Numbered from the stretch's first letter, positions 52,779 to 62,047 are shown. The stretch: DNA of 64,000 nt from Prochlorococcus sp. scB243_495L20 (GCA_000634215.1 JFLX01000113.1:899-64898); one strand, 5' to 3'. The notes: generated from the letters alone by a model not told the origin. Program-made: numbers and translations.

Positions 52779-54227
52779 TTGAATTACCCTTTAAACACAA
52801 TTAATATAAATGCAATTATAAATTTAATGATAGATAATCATTCAAGTAAAAGAAATATTAATCTTGTAGTTGGATTAGGTAAATCTGGATTTTGGGCTGC
52901 AAAGTATTTGAGAAGCATCAATAAGAGAGTAATTGTTTGGGAAAGTAAAGATGGGATAGAATTCTTAGAAAGAAAAACAGCATTAGAAGAGCTTAATATC
53001 ATAGTTTCTCTAAATAAAGAATTTGTATTTGAAGAAATTCAACCTTTTTTGAAAGAGATCGAATCTGTAGTTGTTAGTCCATCAATACCTTATGACCATA
53101 TAACTATTAATGAATTAAAAAAAAAGGGAATTAAAGTAATTGGAGAAATTAATGTTGCATGGGAAATTTTAAAAGACACAAATTGGATAGGTATTACTGG
53201 CACTAATGGCAAGACTACTGTTACTCATCTACTAAGCCATATACTCTGTGATACTGGATTATATGCTCCTTTTGCTGGAAATATTGGTACACCTTTATGT
53301 AAGTATGCTCACTCCAAAAAATATGAAAAAATTGATTGGGTTGTAGCTGAATTAAGCAGTTATCAGATAGAAATATCTCCAGAAGTAAAACCTAATATTG
53401 GAATATGGACAACCTTCACAGAAGATCATCTTGAAAGACATAAAACGCTTGAAAACTATTTCAACATAAAAAAAAGCTTGTTAGAAAAATCTGATTTTAG
53501 AATTTATAATTATGAAGATAAAAACCTAAGAAATCACTACAGTTCGCTATCAAGAGGGGTTTGGATAACAACTAGTTTCGATAAATCAAATTTTATTCAT
53601 TGCGATTATTGGATAGATGAACAAGCGTACATTATTGAGAGAGGGAAGAAATTATTCAAACTTGAACATTTTGCTTTAAAAGGAATGCATAATCTTCAAA
53701 ATCTTTTATTGGTAATTGCAGCAGCAAGAAAAGTTGGATTATCTGGCAAGAAGATTAAAGATTCTTTATCTAATTACAAACAATTACCCCATAGGATGGA
53801 AACAATTTATAAAAATAATGATCTGGAAATCATCAATGATAGTAAAGCTACAAATTTTGACTCATCTATTGCGGGAATAAATTCAATTGAAGGTCAAATA
53901 ATAATCATTGCTGGGGGTAGATTAAAAGGTAATAAATATAGTGAGTGGATAAAAGTTTTAAAGAAAAAAGTTAAATGTGTTTTTCTTTTTGGAGAAAGCT
54001 CAAAAGTCCTAAAAATGGCGCTTATTAATGAAGGATTTAAAAAAAATGTTTTTGAATTTTCAGAACTAAAAGAGCTTTTAAATTTTGTTTTTCATTATTT
54101 ACAAAATAATAGGGTTGGAACATTATTATTCTCACCTTCATGCTCTAGTTTTGATCAATTTAAAAATTATGAAGAGCGTGGAGATTATTTCAAGAAACTA
54201 ATAAGTGAAAAATTAAAGGTTAATTAA
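52779..54227 (+). CDS. murD: UDP-N-acetylmuramoyl-L-alanine--D-glutamate ligase (likely start ATG 52827)
   Basis: [59 protein letters not shown]. Confidence 0.96.
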   Translation: MNYPLNTININAIINLMIDNHSSKRNINLVVGLGKSGFWAAKYLRSINKRVIVWESKDGIEFLERKTALEELNIIVSLNKEFVFEEIQPFLKEIESVVVSPSIPYDHITINELKKKGIKVIGEINVAWEILKDTNWIGITGTNGKTTVTHLLSHILCDTGLYAPFAGNIGTPLCKYAHSKKYEKIDWVVAELSSYQIEISPEVKPNIGIWTTFTEDHLERHKTLENYFNIKKSLLEKSDFRIYNYEDKNLRNHYSSLSRGVWITTSFDKSNFIHCDYWIDEQAYIIERGKKLFKLEHFALKGMHNLQNLLLVIAAARKVGLSGKKIKDSLSNYKQLPHRMETIYKNNDLEIINDSKATNFDSSIAGINSIEGQIIIIAGGRLKGNKYSEWIKVLKKKVKCVFLFGESSKVLKMALINEGFKKNVFEFSELKELLNFVFHYLQNNRVGTLLFSPSCSSFDQFKNYEERGDYFKKLISEKLKVN

Positions 54228-54343
54228 TCCATTTTTTGTTCAAGTATCATTTCGTAATTTTCAGGTCGGTCATCACAACCGTTTACCCTCTGGCAAATAT
54301 TCACTTAATTAGTTAGATTCTGACTATAAATTAACCACTAGCA

Positions 54344-54658
54344 ATGAGTGAATCTAACAATTTACCTCAAGCAATAAGTCATAAAAAATTAAGTTACTTG
54401 ATGCATAAGGCACAAAAGGATTCTCATTTTTCTGATGAATTAGCAGAAATAGAAAGCTCTGAAAAAAGAGAATTTGAAGAGTTAATCAATAATTGGGAAG
54501 CTTCAACTAAAAAGGTAGTTAATGAGTTATCAAAAAGAAAAGAGAATTTACTAAAAGATAAATCACCAAATTCTCTAATTGCACTTGGTGCTATGGAAGT
54601 TCACCTTAATATGGCTTTGCAAGCCTTAAATGCATTTAATAAAGGAATTGATGGGTAA
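54344..54658 (+). CDS. Helical hypothetical protein (104 aa)
   Basis: ATG ORF with normal codon usage; C-terminal LIALGAMEVHLNMALQAL. Confidence 0.7.
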   Translation: MSESNNLPQAISHKKLSYLMHKAQKDSHFSDELAEIESSEKREFEELINNWEASTKKVVNELSKRKENLLKDKSPNSLIALGAMEVHLNMALQALNAFNKGIDG

Positions 54659-54671
54659 AATAACAGATATA

Positions 54672-55406
54672 TTATATGGAAGGCATCGAAAATAAGAGAA
54701 AATCTAAGTTTTTTTCAGTATCTATAGAAACATCATCATAATAATTAACCTCAAAACCCAAGCCATCTCCAGATTCGAGAAATATATTTGAATTAGAGTC
54801 TTTACTTTTTAATAAAAGATTACCTTCTATTATTTGTATCCAATTATATTTATCGATTTTTAATGGCAATTTTTTTTCTTTAATTGGCTTATATTTACAA
54901 CGCCATAAAGAGATACTTTGATTTAGAAAAAGCTTATTATTTTTACTGTCTTTGTAATTAAAAATAAGATTGTCCCACAACTTTTCATTTAATGAAATTT
55001 GATCATATCGAGGTTTGATATTTTCTTTTTGAGGGTATATCCAAATCTGGAACAACTTACAGTTCTCATTTTCTTCATTCTTCTCGCTATGAGATATTCC
55101 AGTACCTGCAGACATAACTTGTACTTCATCTTTGCGAATTTTCCCAAGATTGTTTAAAGAATCTCTGTGAGTTATTGCTCCTTCTGTTACGACAGTAATT
55201 ATTTCCATATTTGCATGAGAATGTGTATTAAATCCTGCATTAGGAGAAATAATATCTTCGTTGATAACTCTAATTTTCCCAAAATTATCCCATTTTGGAT
55301 CTCTATGCTCTGCGAAAGAAAATGAATGCATCGAATTTAGCCATTCTCTAGTAGATTTAAATCTTTCGTGAGATTTTCTTATTTTAATAATATTAAAAAC
55401 CATCAA
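54672..55406 (-). CDS. Pirin family protein (YhhW-like bicupin)
   Basis: HSFSF...RVINED...GFNTHSHANMEIIT...MSAGTGISHSE...QIWI. Confidence 0.93.
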   Translation of the reverse strand: MMVFNIIKIRKSHERFKSTREWLNSMHSFSFAEHRDPKWDNFGKIRVINEDIISPNAGFNTHSHANMEIITVVTEGAITHRDSLNNLGKIRKDEVQVMSAGTGISHSEKNEENENCKLFQIWIYPQKENIKPRYDQISLNEKLWDNLIFNYKDSKNNKLFLNQSISLWRCKYKPIKEKKLPLKIDKYNWIQIIEGNLLLKSKDSNSNIFLESGDGLGFEVNYYDDVSIDTEKNLDFLLFSMPSI

Positions 55407-55498
55407 TAGTAAATAGATTAAAAAAATTCTAAATAATTAGAAAAATATTTGTAAGATTTTTTTGATAAATTATTTCTAAAAAAAAGCAAAGATCAAAT

Positions 55499-55627
55499 TT
55501 AAAAATTTATTTTACTCTGAGCCTTATTAGCCTTTATCAATATTTTTTGTGCTTCATCTCTTGTAAGGCATTTTTCTGCTTTTACATTTAAGTTTTTTAG
55601 TTTTTGCAGTTGCTTTGTGTTACTCAT
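55499..55627 (-). CDS. 42-aa basic helical microprotein (below the ORF-track cutoff)
   Basis: Translated by hand: MSNTKQLQKLKNLNVKAEKCLTRDEAQKILIKANKAQSKINF. Confidence 0.6.
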   Translation of the reverse strand: MSNTKQLQKLKNLNVKAEKCLTRDEAQKILIKANKAQSKINF

Positions 55628-55692
55628 AATTTAACCCGTTCTTAAAGTTATATTAACATAAGTTTAAATTAATTGCCCCTTAAACCTTTGCA

Positions 55693-56235
55693 TCAAAGTT
55701 TTTTTACAGCTTTGAGAATGGAATTATCAGAACAGTATAGTGGATGTATTGGATTATCTTTGATTGTTTTCTTAATTAAAAGCGGTCCAAGAGGATTATC
55801 AAAATTATTTTTTCTGATTGAGTTATATTGCATTATTTTTTTTAATATTCTTTTATTTCTATTTAGAAATTTCCCTTTGTTACCCCAACCTAACCATAAA
55901 TCACAATTTTTATTTTCAGACCAGTGTTTTAAGTTTTTATAAATATGATTATTGTTTAAATACCCAACAGGATTTTTGTGATTAAAGAGTCTCTCTGGAT
56001 TACTTGAAATAAGAGCAAATAAATTGATTAATTTAACTTTGCCATAATTATTATTTTTCGAGATTTTAATTATCTTTTTTGTTGTATTATCCAAGAAAAC
56101 TTCATCAGATAATGAGGGATTTAAACCAATAAAGATAATCTCTTTTTTAGATTTAGAAATCTTATAACTTAAACTCCATCTATATAGTTTGTTTGCACTT
56201 ATTAAACAATTCCTTTCTAGAAATGAATTGTTCAA
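55693..56235 (-). CDS. DUF1643 domain protein
   Basis: YRWSL...FIGLNPS...DNTT...NLFA...WLGWGN...HPLY. Confidence 0.88.
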   Translation of the reverse strand: MNNSFLERNCLISANKLYRWSLSYKISKSKKEIIFIGLNPSLSDEVFLDNTTKKIIKISKNNNYGKVKLINLFALISSNPERLFNHKNPVGYLNNNHIYKNLKHWSENKNCDLWLGWGNKGKFLNRNKRILKKIMQYNSIRKNNFDNPLGPLLIKKTIKDNPIHPLYCSDNSILKAVKKL

Positions 56236-56717
56236 CCTAAACCTACACCTCTAGCCATGAGAGTGGCAAACAAAGGTATTGTTGCAAAGCCCACTAATTC
56301 AGTAGTAATGATTAGTCTGAACCTCTTGACTAGATTTTCAGATATTTCAGGTAATTTATTCTTACTTAATGGAATGGCCCATAAGATATAGGTTGTTGTT
56401 GGATATAAAGAAAGTAATCCCACAAGAATATAAAGAGAAACCTTTATCCAAAACACAGGATTACCTGTATAGAAATCACCTCCTTGACCAAAATACTTAA
56501 CACGCAAAATCCCAGTAACTAATATCGCAACTCCTGCTAAACCATAAACCACATCTGCAATTATCATTGAGATCGTCTGATTTCTATTAAGACCTACTTT
56601 GAGAGTCAATCTTTCAAACAAAAGAGAACCGAAACACAATATTATTCCTAAATAATGAATATATGCTACTAATGCACTTTTCGCAATTTCACCTGTCAAT
56701 AAAGTTCCAAATAACAT
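56232..56717 (-). CDS. DUF2214 family membrane protein
   Basis: AYIHYLG...ADVVYG...YTGNPVFWIK...PLFATLMARGVG. Confidence 0.88.
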   Translation of the reverse strand: MLFGTLLTGEIAKSALVAYIHYLGIILCFGSLLFERLTLKVGLNRNQTISMIIADVVYGLAGVAILVTGILRVKYFGQGGDFYTGNPVFWIKVSLYILVGLLSLYPTTTYILWAIPLSKNKLPEISENLVKRFRLIITTELVGFATIPLFATLMARGVGLG

Positions 56718-56805
56718 TTTCTAGTCAAAATTTATACAATACTAACCACCAATTAAAGAATTTGTTTAGAAAATAAATTAAACAATAAAAAGTCAGCTAT
56801 TGAAT

Positions 56806-57555
56806 CTAGGACTCTAAAAACCTTTTTTGACCATCTTCAAAGAAATCCTTTTTATTCCAAACTTCGATTACATCTGGGAAATGTTTTTCCATACAATTAT
56901 CACAAACCCCATGACTGAATCTTATATCACTAATTTTCGAAAGATATTTTTCTAAATGCATCCAATCGCCCTCCTTATTTTTCACTTCTCTGCAATATGA
57001 ACACACAGATAAAATACCTTCCTGTTTGTGCAAGTTAGACAAAGCATCTAGCAAGTTCAATGACTTTTTTCTAAGCTCTAAAAATGAAACTATTTGCTTG
57101 GATAATAATTCCATAATATTGAATTGTTGTGTAGTTAGATTTCCTGGCTTTCTGTCTATTACACAAAGAGTTCCAAGTTTATTACCATCACTATTTCTGA
57201 GGGGAAAACCTGCATAAAAACGAATCTTGGGGTCTCCTGTTACCAATGGATTATTTAAAAACCTTTCATCTTGAAAAGCATCATGAATAATTAATGGACT
57301 ATTTTCTTTTATTGCATGGGTACAAAAAGACCAATCTCTTCTAGTTTCTGATATTTGAAGTCCTATTTTAGATTTAAACCATTGTTTATCTTTGTCTACC
57401 AATGTCATTAAAGAAATAGGCACATTACAGGTTGTAGCAGCAATTTTTGTAATATCGTCATAACATGATTCCGGCTTGGTTCCCAAAATCCTATATTCTG
57501 CTAAAGCTTTTAATCTTCTTTCCTCTTCTTCTTTTTTTGATACAAGATTCTGCAT
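56806..57555 (-). CDS. GAF-domain protein with C-terminal CxxC...HxxCxxC module
   Basis: GAF (YDDITKIAA...QWFKS...SFCTHA...RFYAGFPL..GTLCVID), followed by CSYC...W...YL...FSHGVCDNC. Confidence 0.88.
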   Translation of the reverse strand: MQNLVSKKEEEERRLKALAEYRILGTKPESCYDDITKIAATTCNVPISLMTLVDKDKQWFKSKIGLQISETRRDWSFCTHAIKENSPLIIHDAFQDERFLNNPLVTGDPKIRFYAGFPLRNSDGNKLGTLCVIDRKPGNLTTQQFNIMELLSKQIVSFLELRKKSLNLLDALSNLHKQEGILSVCSYCREVKNKEGDWMHLEKYLSKISDIRFSHGVCDNCMEKHFPDVIEVWNKKDFFEDGQKRFLES

Positions 57556-57674
57556 TAATCTTCACCAATAATTAAAACTTTAAAATTAAAGTTTCTCCAA
57601 AAAACTTTTTCCTTCTAATACTTAATAAAAAAAAGATAAACTTATTGAATTGTTACTTACTGATTTATTACTTA

Positions 57675-58919
57675 TTAATTTAATATTGATTGATTTAACT
57701 TTGAGACTGCCATCCCAGCGATCCATCCACTTGTCCAACAATGTTGAAAATTAAATCCACCAGTGATCCCATCAACATCCAAAACTTCTCCAGAAAAAAA
57801 TAATCCTGGACAAATTAAGCTCTCCATACTTTTAAAATTAACCTCATTAATTTTTACGCCTCCGGCAGTAACAAATTCCTCTCCAAATGGACCTTTTCCC
57901 GAAATTATATATTTATCCCTCATAAGAGTATTTATCATTTTCTCTCTTTCATCCGCCAGTAAATCAGCCCATTTTTTCTCTTTATCAATACCTATTTTCT
58001 TTAATAAAAAAATCCATAATCTTTTTGTTAATAGTGGCACAGGTCTACTATTAATAAGATTCACCTTGCCTTTATTTAATCTTAAATAATTAATTTTTTC
58101 TTTTAACTCCTCATAACTTAAAGAAGTCCATTTAATGATTAAATTAAATTTATATTTTTGGCTATAAAGTTCCCTCGCTGCAATTGATGAAAGTTTTAAT
58201 ACTGCTGGCCCACTAAACCCCCAATGCGTTATTAGTAAATCGCCTCTATTTTGAAAATTCTTATTATTTAAATTAATTTCTATATCTATGCCCCTTATCG
58301 ATACCCCACTACATTCATCCAAATTTGGTTCTTTTGTGGAAAAAGTAAAAAGCGATGGTAAAGGTTTAACAATGGTGTGTCCAAGATTTTGAGCTAATTT
58401 ATATCCGCTTGGATTACCTCCAGTTGAAAGAATAATATTTTTTGAAGTTACCTTTGCTTTTTTAAGACTAAAAATATTGAATAAATTATCTGGAGTTTTT
58501 GCAATTTCTTTTACAAAAAATTTTGTTAGTATCTCTACGTTTTTTGATAAAGCACTTTTTCTCAAACAATCAATAACATCTGAAGAAGAATTAGACACTG
58601 GGAATACCCTTAGATCTTCCTCAATTTTTAATTTTAAACCTTTTTTCTCAAACCAATCGTATACATCTCCAGCAGCAAAACGATTAAATGATTCCAAGAG
58701 CTGAATTCCACCTCTGGGGTAATTCTCAATTAGCTCATTCGGTATCCATGTCGCATTAGTGACGTTACATCTTCCCCCTCCACTAATCCTTACTTTCTCC
58801 ATAAGTTTTGAAGTTCCTTCAAGTATTATTATTCTTTTTACTCCATTTTCAGCAGCAGTTATTGCTGTCATAAAACCGGCTGCACCGCCTCCAACAACTG
58901 CTAAATCAAAAGGTTCCAA
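57675..58919 (-). CDS. HI0933/YhiN (BaiN-like) flavoprotein oxidoreductase
   Basis: VVGGGAAGFM, KVRISGGGRCNVTN, LLITHWGFSGPAVL, VTAGGV, GEVLDVDGITGGFNFQ. Confidence 0.93.
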   Translation of the reverse strand: MEPFDLAVVGGGAAGFMTAITAAENGVKRIIILEGTSKLMEKVRISGGGRCNVTNATWIPNELIENYPRGGIQLLESFNRFAAGDVYDWFEKKGLKLKIEEDLRVFPVSNSSSDVIDCLRKSALSKNVEILTKFFVKEIAKTPDNLFNIFSLKKAKVTSKNIILSTGGNPSGYKLAQNLGHTIVKPLPSLFTFSTKEPNLDECSGVSIRGIDIEINLNNKNFQNRGDLLITHWGFSGPAVLKLSSIAARELYSQKYKFNLIIKWTSLSYEELKEKINYLRLNKGKVNLINSRPVPLLTKRLWIFLLKKIGIDKEKKWADLLADEREKMINTLMRDKYIISGKGPFGEEFVTAGGVKINEVNFKSMESLICPGLFFSGEVLDVDGITGGFNFQHCWTSGWIAGMAVSKLNQSILN

Positions 58920-59104
58920 AAACTTATTATTTAATGTACTTCAATCTGATAATAGCAAGTAGTTATAAAGAAAAATTAGTCCAAAAACCATAAAAAAATA
59001 AATATAAAACTTTAAAGCTACATAATAAATAGCTACGATTCACTAATTTTAAAATTTCTAGAAAAATCAACACAGTCGTTATTTTTATGCTTTAAGTTAA
59101 TTAA

Positions 59105-59341
59105 ATGAGTATGTTATTTTCTTACGTTAAATATTCTGAGGCCAGTTTCCCTATGACTGGTCAATATACTGCTCTTCTTTTAATAACTTTTGTTATTTGG
59201 GTTCTACTTTGGTTTGGATATAGACAAAATAAGATAAATGATGAGATCAAGAAAAAAGAAAAAGAAGAAAGAATTAATGCGAAAGTTCAAAGAAGAAAGA
59301 AGTTAGAGAGTTTGTACCCTACTAATAAAAAAACTGTTTAA
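59105..59341 (+). CDS. Single-TM small protein with basic coiled tail
   Basis: TM ALLLITFVIWVLLWFG, then a K/E/R-rich tail ending LESLYPTNKKTV. Confidence 0.65.
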   Translation: MSMLFSYVKYSEASFPMTGQYTALLLITFVIWVLLWFGYRQNKINDEIKKKEKEERINAKVQRRKKLESLYPTNKKTV

Positions 59342-59360
59342 AATTGACTACTTTAGAAAC

Positions 59361-59459
59361 ATGAAAAAAAATAATTTCAAATCACTAATTCAGTACTTAC
59401 CGGGGATTTTGATTCTTATTTATGTATTCTTTTTAGCATTTACTCAATTCATAAAATAA
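59361..59459 (+). CDS. 32-aa single-TM microprotein
   Basis: Translated by hand: MKKNNFKSLIQYLPGILILIYVFFLAFTQFIK. Confidence 0.45.
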   Translation: MKKNNFKSLIQYLPGILILIYVFFLAFTQFIK

Positions 59460-59480
59460 AATTTTTAAAAATTATTCGTT

Positions 59481-60353
59481 TTGATTGGAATCCTTTCTGC
59501 TTTTGGAGCTGCTACATCTTGGACATATGCGTGCTTTATTTGGCGCTCGCAAACTCAAAAATATAAATCAATAGATATTAATTTAATAAAAAATATAATA
59601 GCTTTTTTAATTTTTATACCTGCTTTTATCAATCTAAATTCTACAACTGAATTAAAAAACATATTTATCCTACTAATTAGTGGAATAATAGGTATTGGTT
59701 TAGGTGATACTTTCTATTTAAAGTCACTTCAAACAATTGGCACAAGAAAAACTTTATCTATAGAAACTCTTTCTCCGTTAATGGCAGCTTTATCAGGGGA
59801 ATTTTTTATTAATGAAAATTTAACAACTAAATCATGGGTTGGAATAACTATAGTAACGATTTCGCTATTCATAATTCTCAGAAAAGGTAACGATTTTAAA
59901 GAGGAAAACTTCTCTTTCTCAGAAAAAAATAACTTTAAGATTTTTGCTTTTCCTTTTTTATCAGTTTTATGTGCTGTTCTTGGAGGTCTTTTATCAAGGA
60001 TGGTTTTCCTTCAAAGCAATTTATCTCCTTTCCTTACAACTGAAATAAGATTATTAGGTTCAATAATTTTTTTAATTAGTCTAAAAGGATTTAAGATTAA
60101 TTTTTTCTTAAAAAAAATAGACAAAAAACAACAAAAAAGATTTTTTATTTCAATACTTCTTGGAACAAATGTAGGAATATTTCTACAACAAGTTGTGTTT
60201 AAGACCCTTCCCATAGGAGTAGGATGGGCTTTATTAAGCATATCTCCAATAATTTCTTTATTTTTTGCTAAGACTGAGGAAAGAGAAATTACCAAAAAAA
60301 TAATATTTTTTACTTGTTTTTTATTTTTTGGCTTGACATTAATAATTCTTTAA
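59481..60353 (+). CDS. EamA/DMT family transporter
   Basis: Ten hydrophobic segments in two repeats; GIIGIGLGDTFYLKSL..IG. Confidence 0.88.
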   Translation: MIGILSAFGAATSWTYACFIWRSQTQKYKSIDINLIKNIIAFLIFIPAFINLNSTTELKNIFILLISGIIGIGLGDTFYLKSLQTIGTRKTLSIETLSPLMAALSGEFFINENLTTKSWVGITIVTISLFIILRKGNDFKEENFSFSEKNNFKIFAFPFLSVLCAVLGGLLSRMVFLQSNLSPFLTTEIRLLGSIIFLISLKGFKINFFLKKIDKKQQKRFFISILLGTNVGIFLQQVVFKTLPIGVGWALLSISPIISLFFAKTEEREITKKIIFFTCFLFFGLTLIIL

Positions 60354-60430
60354 TCTCTGAGTTAATGTAAAAAATACTCATGTTAATAATAATCAAATTA
60401 AATAGAATTACCCTATAAACACTCAAAACA

Positions 60431-60553
60431 ATGAAAATATTAAAGAAAAAAAGACTCGGCACATTGGAAGTTTATGTTGTTTTTTTAAGCTGCATTTATG
60501 CAGGCTTTATAGGTTATAAATCTCTCTTAAATATTTTATTTACTTGGAATTAA
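60431..60553 (+). CDS. 40-aa single-TM microprotein
   Basis: Translated by hand: MKILKKKRLGTLEVYVVFLSCIYAGFIGYKSLLNILFTWN; its stop overlaps the convergent 60550 ORF. Confidence 0.45.
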   Translation: MKILKKKRLGTLEVYVVFLSCIYAGFIGYKSLLNILFTWN

Positions 60554-60684
60554 TTAATTTTTTCTAATGATTTAATCAACTTACCTCCATCTTGGTCATC
60601 ATCATCGTTTGAAGCGAAAAATAAAAAAAATATTCCTAAAGAAGCTATAGATAGCGAAATTGACAATACAGAAAGCTCATCCAT
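60550..60684 (-). CDS. 44-aa single-TM microprotein with acidic DDDDQDGGKLI tail
   Basis: Translated by hand: MDELSVLSISLSIASLGIFFLFFASNDDDDQDGGKLIKSLEKIN; motif shared with 61819..62001. Confidence 0.72.
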   Translation of the reverse strand: MDELSVLSISLSIASLGIFFLFFASNDDDDQDGGKLIKSLEKIN

Positions 60685-60776
60685 AAATTAGAATTTCTTT
60701 TATGTTAAACGAAAAAAAATAAAAGACAGTAAAGAAATACACATTCTCGAAAATAAATATTTCTTTTATTTGTAAA

Positions 60777-61076
60777 ATGAAAACACATCCGAACTATTTC
60801 GTGAAAGTTCTAATAACTTCCCCCTGTAGTGCAAGCGTAATAATTCAGTATGGAATAAAAAGTTGGCCTATTTGGGAATGTGAGCCAAGCAAATTTCAAT
60901 GGAATTACGATGATAAGGAAATTTGCTTAATTATTGAAGGTCAAGCGAAAATAAGTACCCAAAACGGTGACATTTACGTGATTAAAGCTGGAGATCTAGT
61001 TGAGTTTCCTGCTGGACTTAACTGCGAATGGGAAGTAACCAAAAGTATTAAAAAACATTATCGATTGGGTAGCTAA
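60777..61076 (+). CDS. DUF861/EutQ-like cupin (likely start GTG 60801)
   Basis: WPIWECEPSKFQWNYDDKEICLIIEGQA...GDLVEFPAG...WEV. Confidence 0.88.
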   Translation: MKTHPNYFVKVLITSPCSASVIIQYGIKSWPIWECEPSKFQWNYDDKEICLIIEGQAKISTQNGDIYVIKAGDLVEFPAGLNCEWEVTKSIKKHYRLGS

Positions 61077-61167
61077 ATTTAAGAAAAAAGATTTTTTCTT
61101 CTTTACTGTTAAGTCAATGAAGATAAAATATGGTTAATAAATAATTTTCAAGAAGGAAACTAATATT

Positions 61168-61338
61168 ATGCCTTTTACTGATCAAGAATATTTTGAGGTT
61201 ATTGAAAAAAACGAAATAGTAAAAAAGGCCTTTGAAAAAATTAAGCAAATTTGCATTGATTTACAAAAACAAACAAATTGTCCTGAAGAGGATCTAAAAG
61301 ATTTTCTTGAATTTATATCTAAACAATGGAATAAGTAA
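61168..61338 (+). CDS. 56-aa soluble helical microprotein
   Basis: Translated by hand: MPFTDQEYFEVIEKNEIVKKAFEKIKQICIDLQKQTNCPEEDLKDFLEFISKQWNK; AAGGA lies upstream. Confidence 0.65.
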   Translation: MPFTDQEYFEVIEKNEIVKKAFEKIKQICIDLQKQTNCPEEDLKDFLEFISKQWNK

Positions 61339-61402
61339 TAATTAAAAAGCCTTTTAAATGCAAAATTTAAAATTTTTATTTAGTTTTCTGAGACAATAAG
61401 TT

Positions 61403-61534
61403 CTAATCTAATTCCTTTTTTGGTTTTGTATTGATACTGGAAGTTCCCTTAGCAGCAGAAACGAAGAAAAAGAAGCCTACAATTCCTGATATACCAAATA
61501 TCGCAGCCAAAGGATCAAAAGTGAAAGAAAACAT
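61403..61534 (-). CDS. 43-aa single-TM microprotein
   Basis: Translated by hand: MFSFTFDPLAAIFGISGIVGFFFFVSAAKGTSSINTKPKKELD. Confidence 0.6.
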   Translation of the reverse strand: MFSFTFDPLAAIFGISGIVGFFFFVSAAKGTSSINTKPKKELD

Positions 61535-61818
61535 AGAATTTATAAAATCAAGATAAATAATAGTTTTTGAATCAAAATTGTATAATTATTGTTAAGTATA
61601 AAAAATAACAATCGCGCGATTCATTATGTCATTATTAGTTTCTCAGTAGGTTCAAAAAAATTATTATTCAAATTGATTTTAAGAACAAAAATATCAAAAC
61701 ATACCAAAGATCTATTCGTGCTAAAGAGAAAAGTTTTTAAAAAATATTTATAGAAATATTGAATAAAAAACGACCCAGAGCATCCACATTTGTTGTTTCT
61801 TTAGATTAATATCAATTT

Positions 61819-62001
61819 ATGACAGAATTTTACTCAACTTCTTCCTCAGTAGGTCCTTTTACAGCGATATTATGGTGCCTTTATCCAGTAGCTTTACTTT
61901 TAATTATTGAATTACTTCTGGGGGGTGGGTTTGATGATGACAATAATGACGATCAAGATGGTGGAATGCTAATACCCGCTTACTCTAGATCAGACGTTTG
62001 A
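61819..62001 (+). CDS. 60-aa single-TM microprotein with acidic DDDNNDDQDGGMLIP tail
   Basis: ORF-track protein; TM ILWCLYPVALLLIIELLL; motif shared with 60550..60684. Confidence 0.75.
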   Translation: MTEFYSTSSSVGPFTAILWCLYPVALLLIIELLLGGGFDDDNNDDQDGGMLIPAYSRSDV

Positions 62002-62047
62002 AATTTTGAATTTTTTTAATTAAAGACTCATAAGGAATTTAATTAAA

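Noticed and set aside
55673-55942. 89-aa + strand ORF
   Set aside because: It is antisense to the DUF1643 gene.
61620-61800. Broken hydrophobic reading frames on the minus strand
   Set aside because: Only 13-22 codon pieces, with no recognisable homology to support a pseudogene call.
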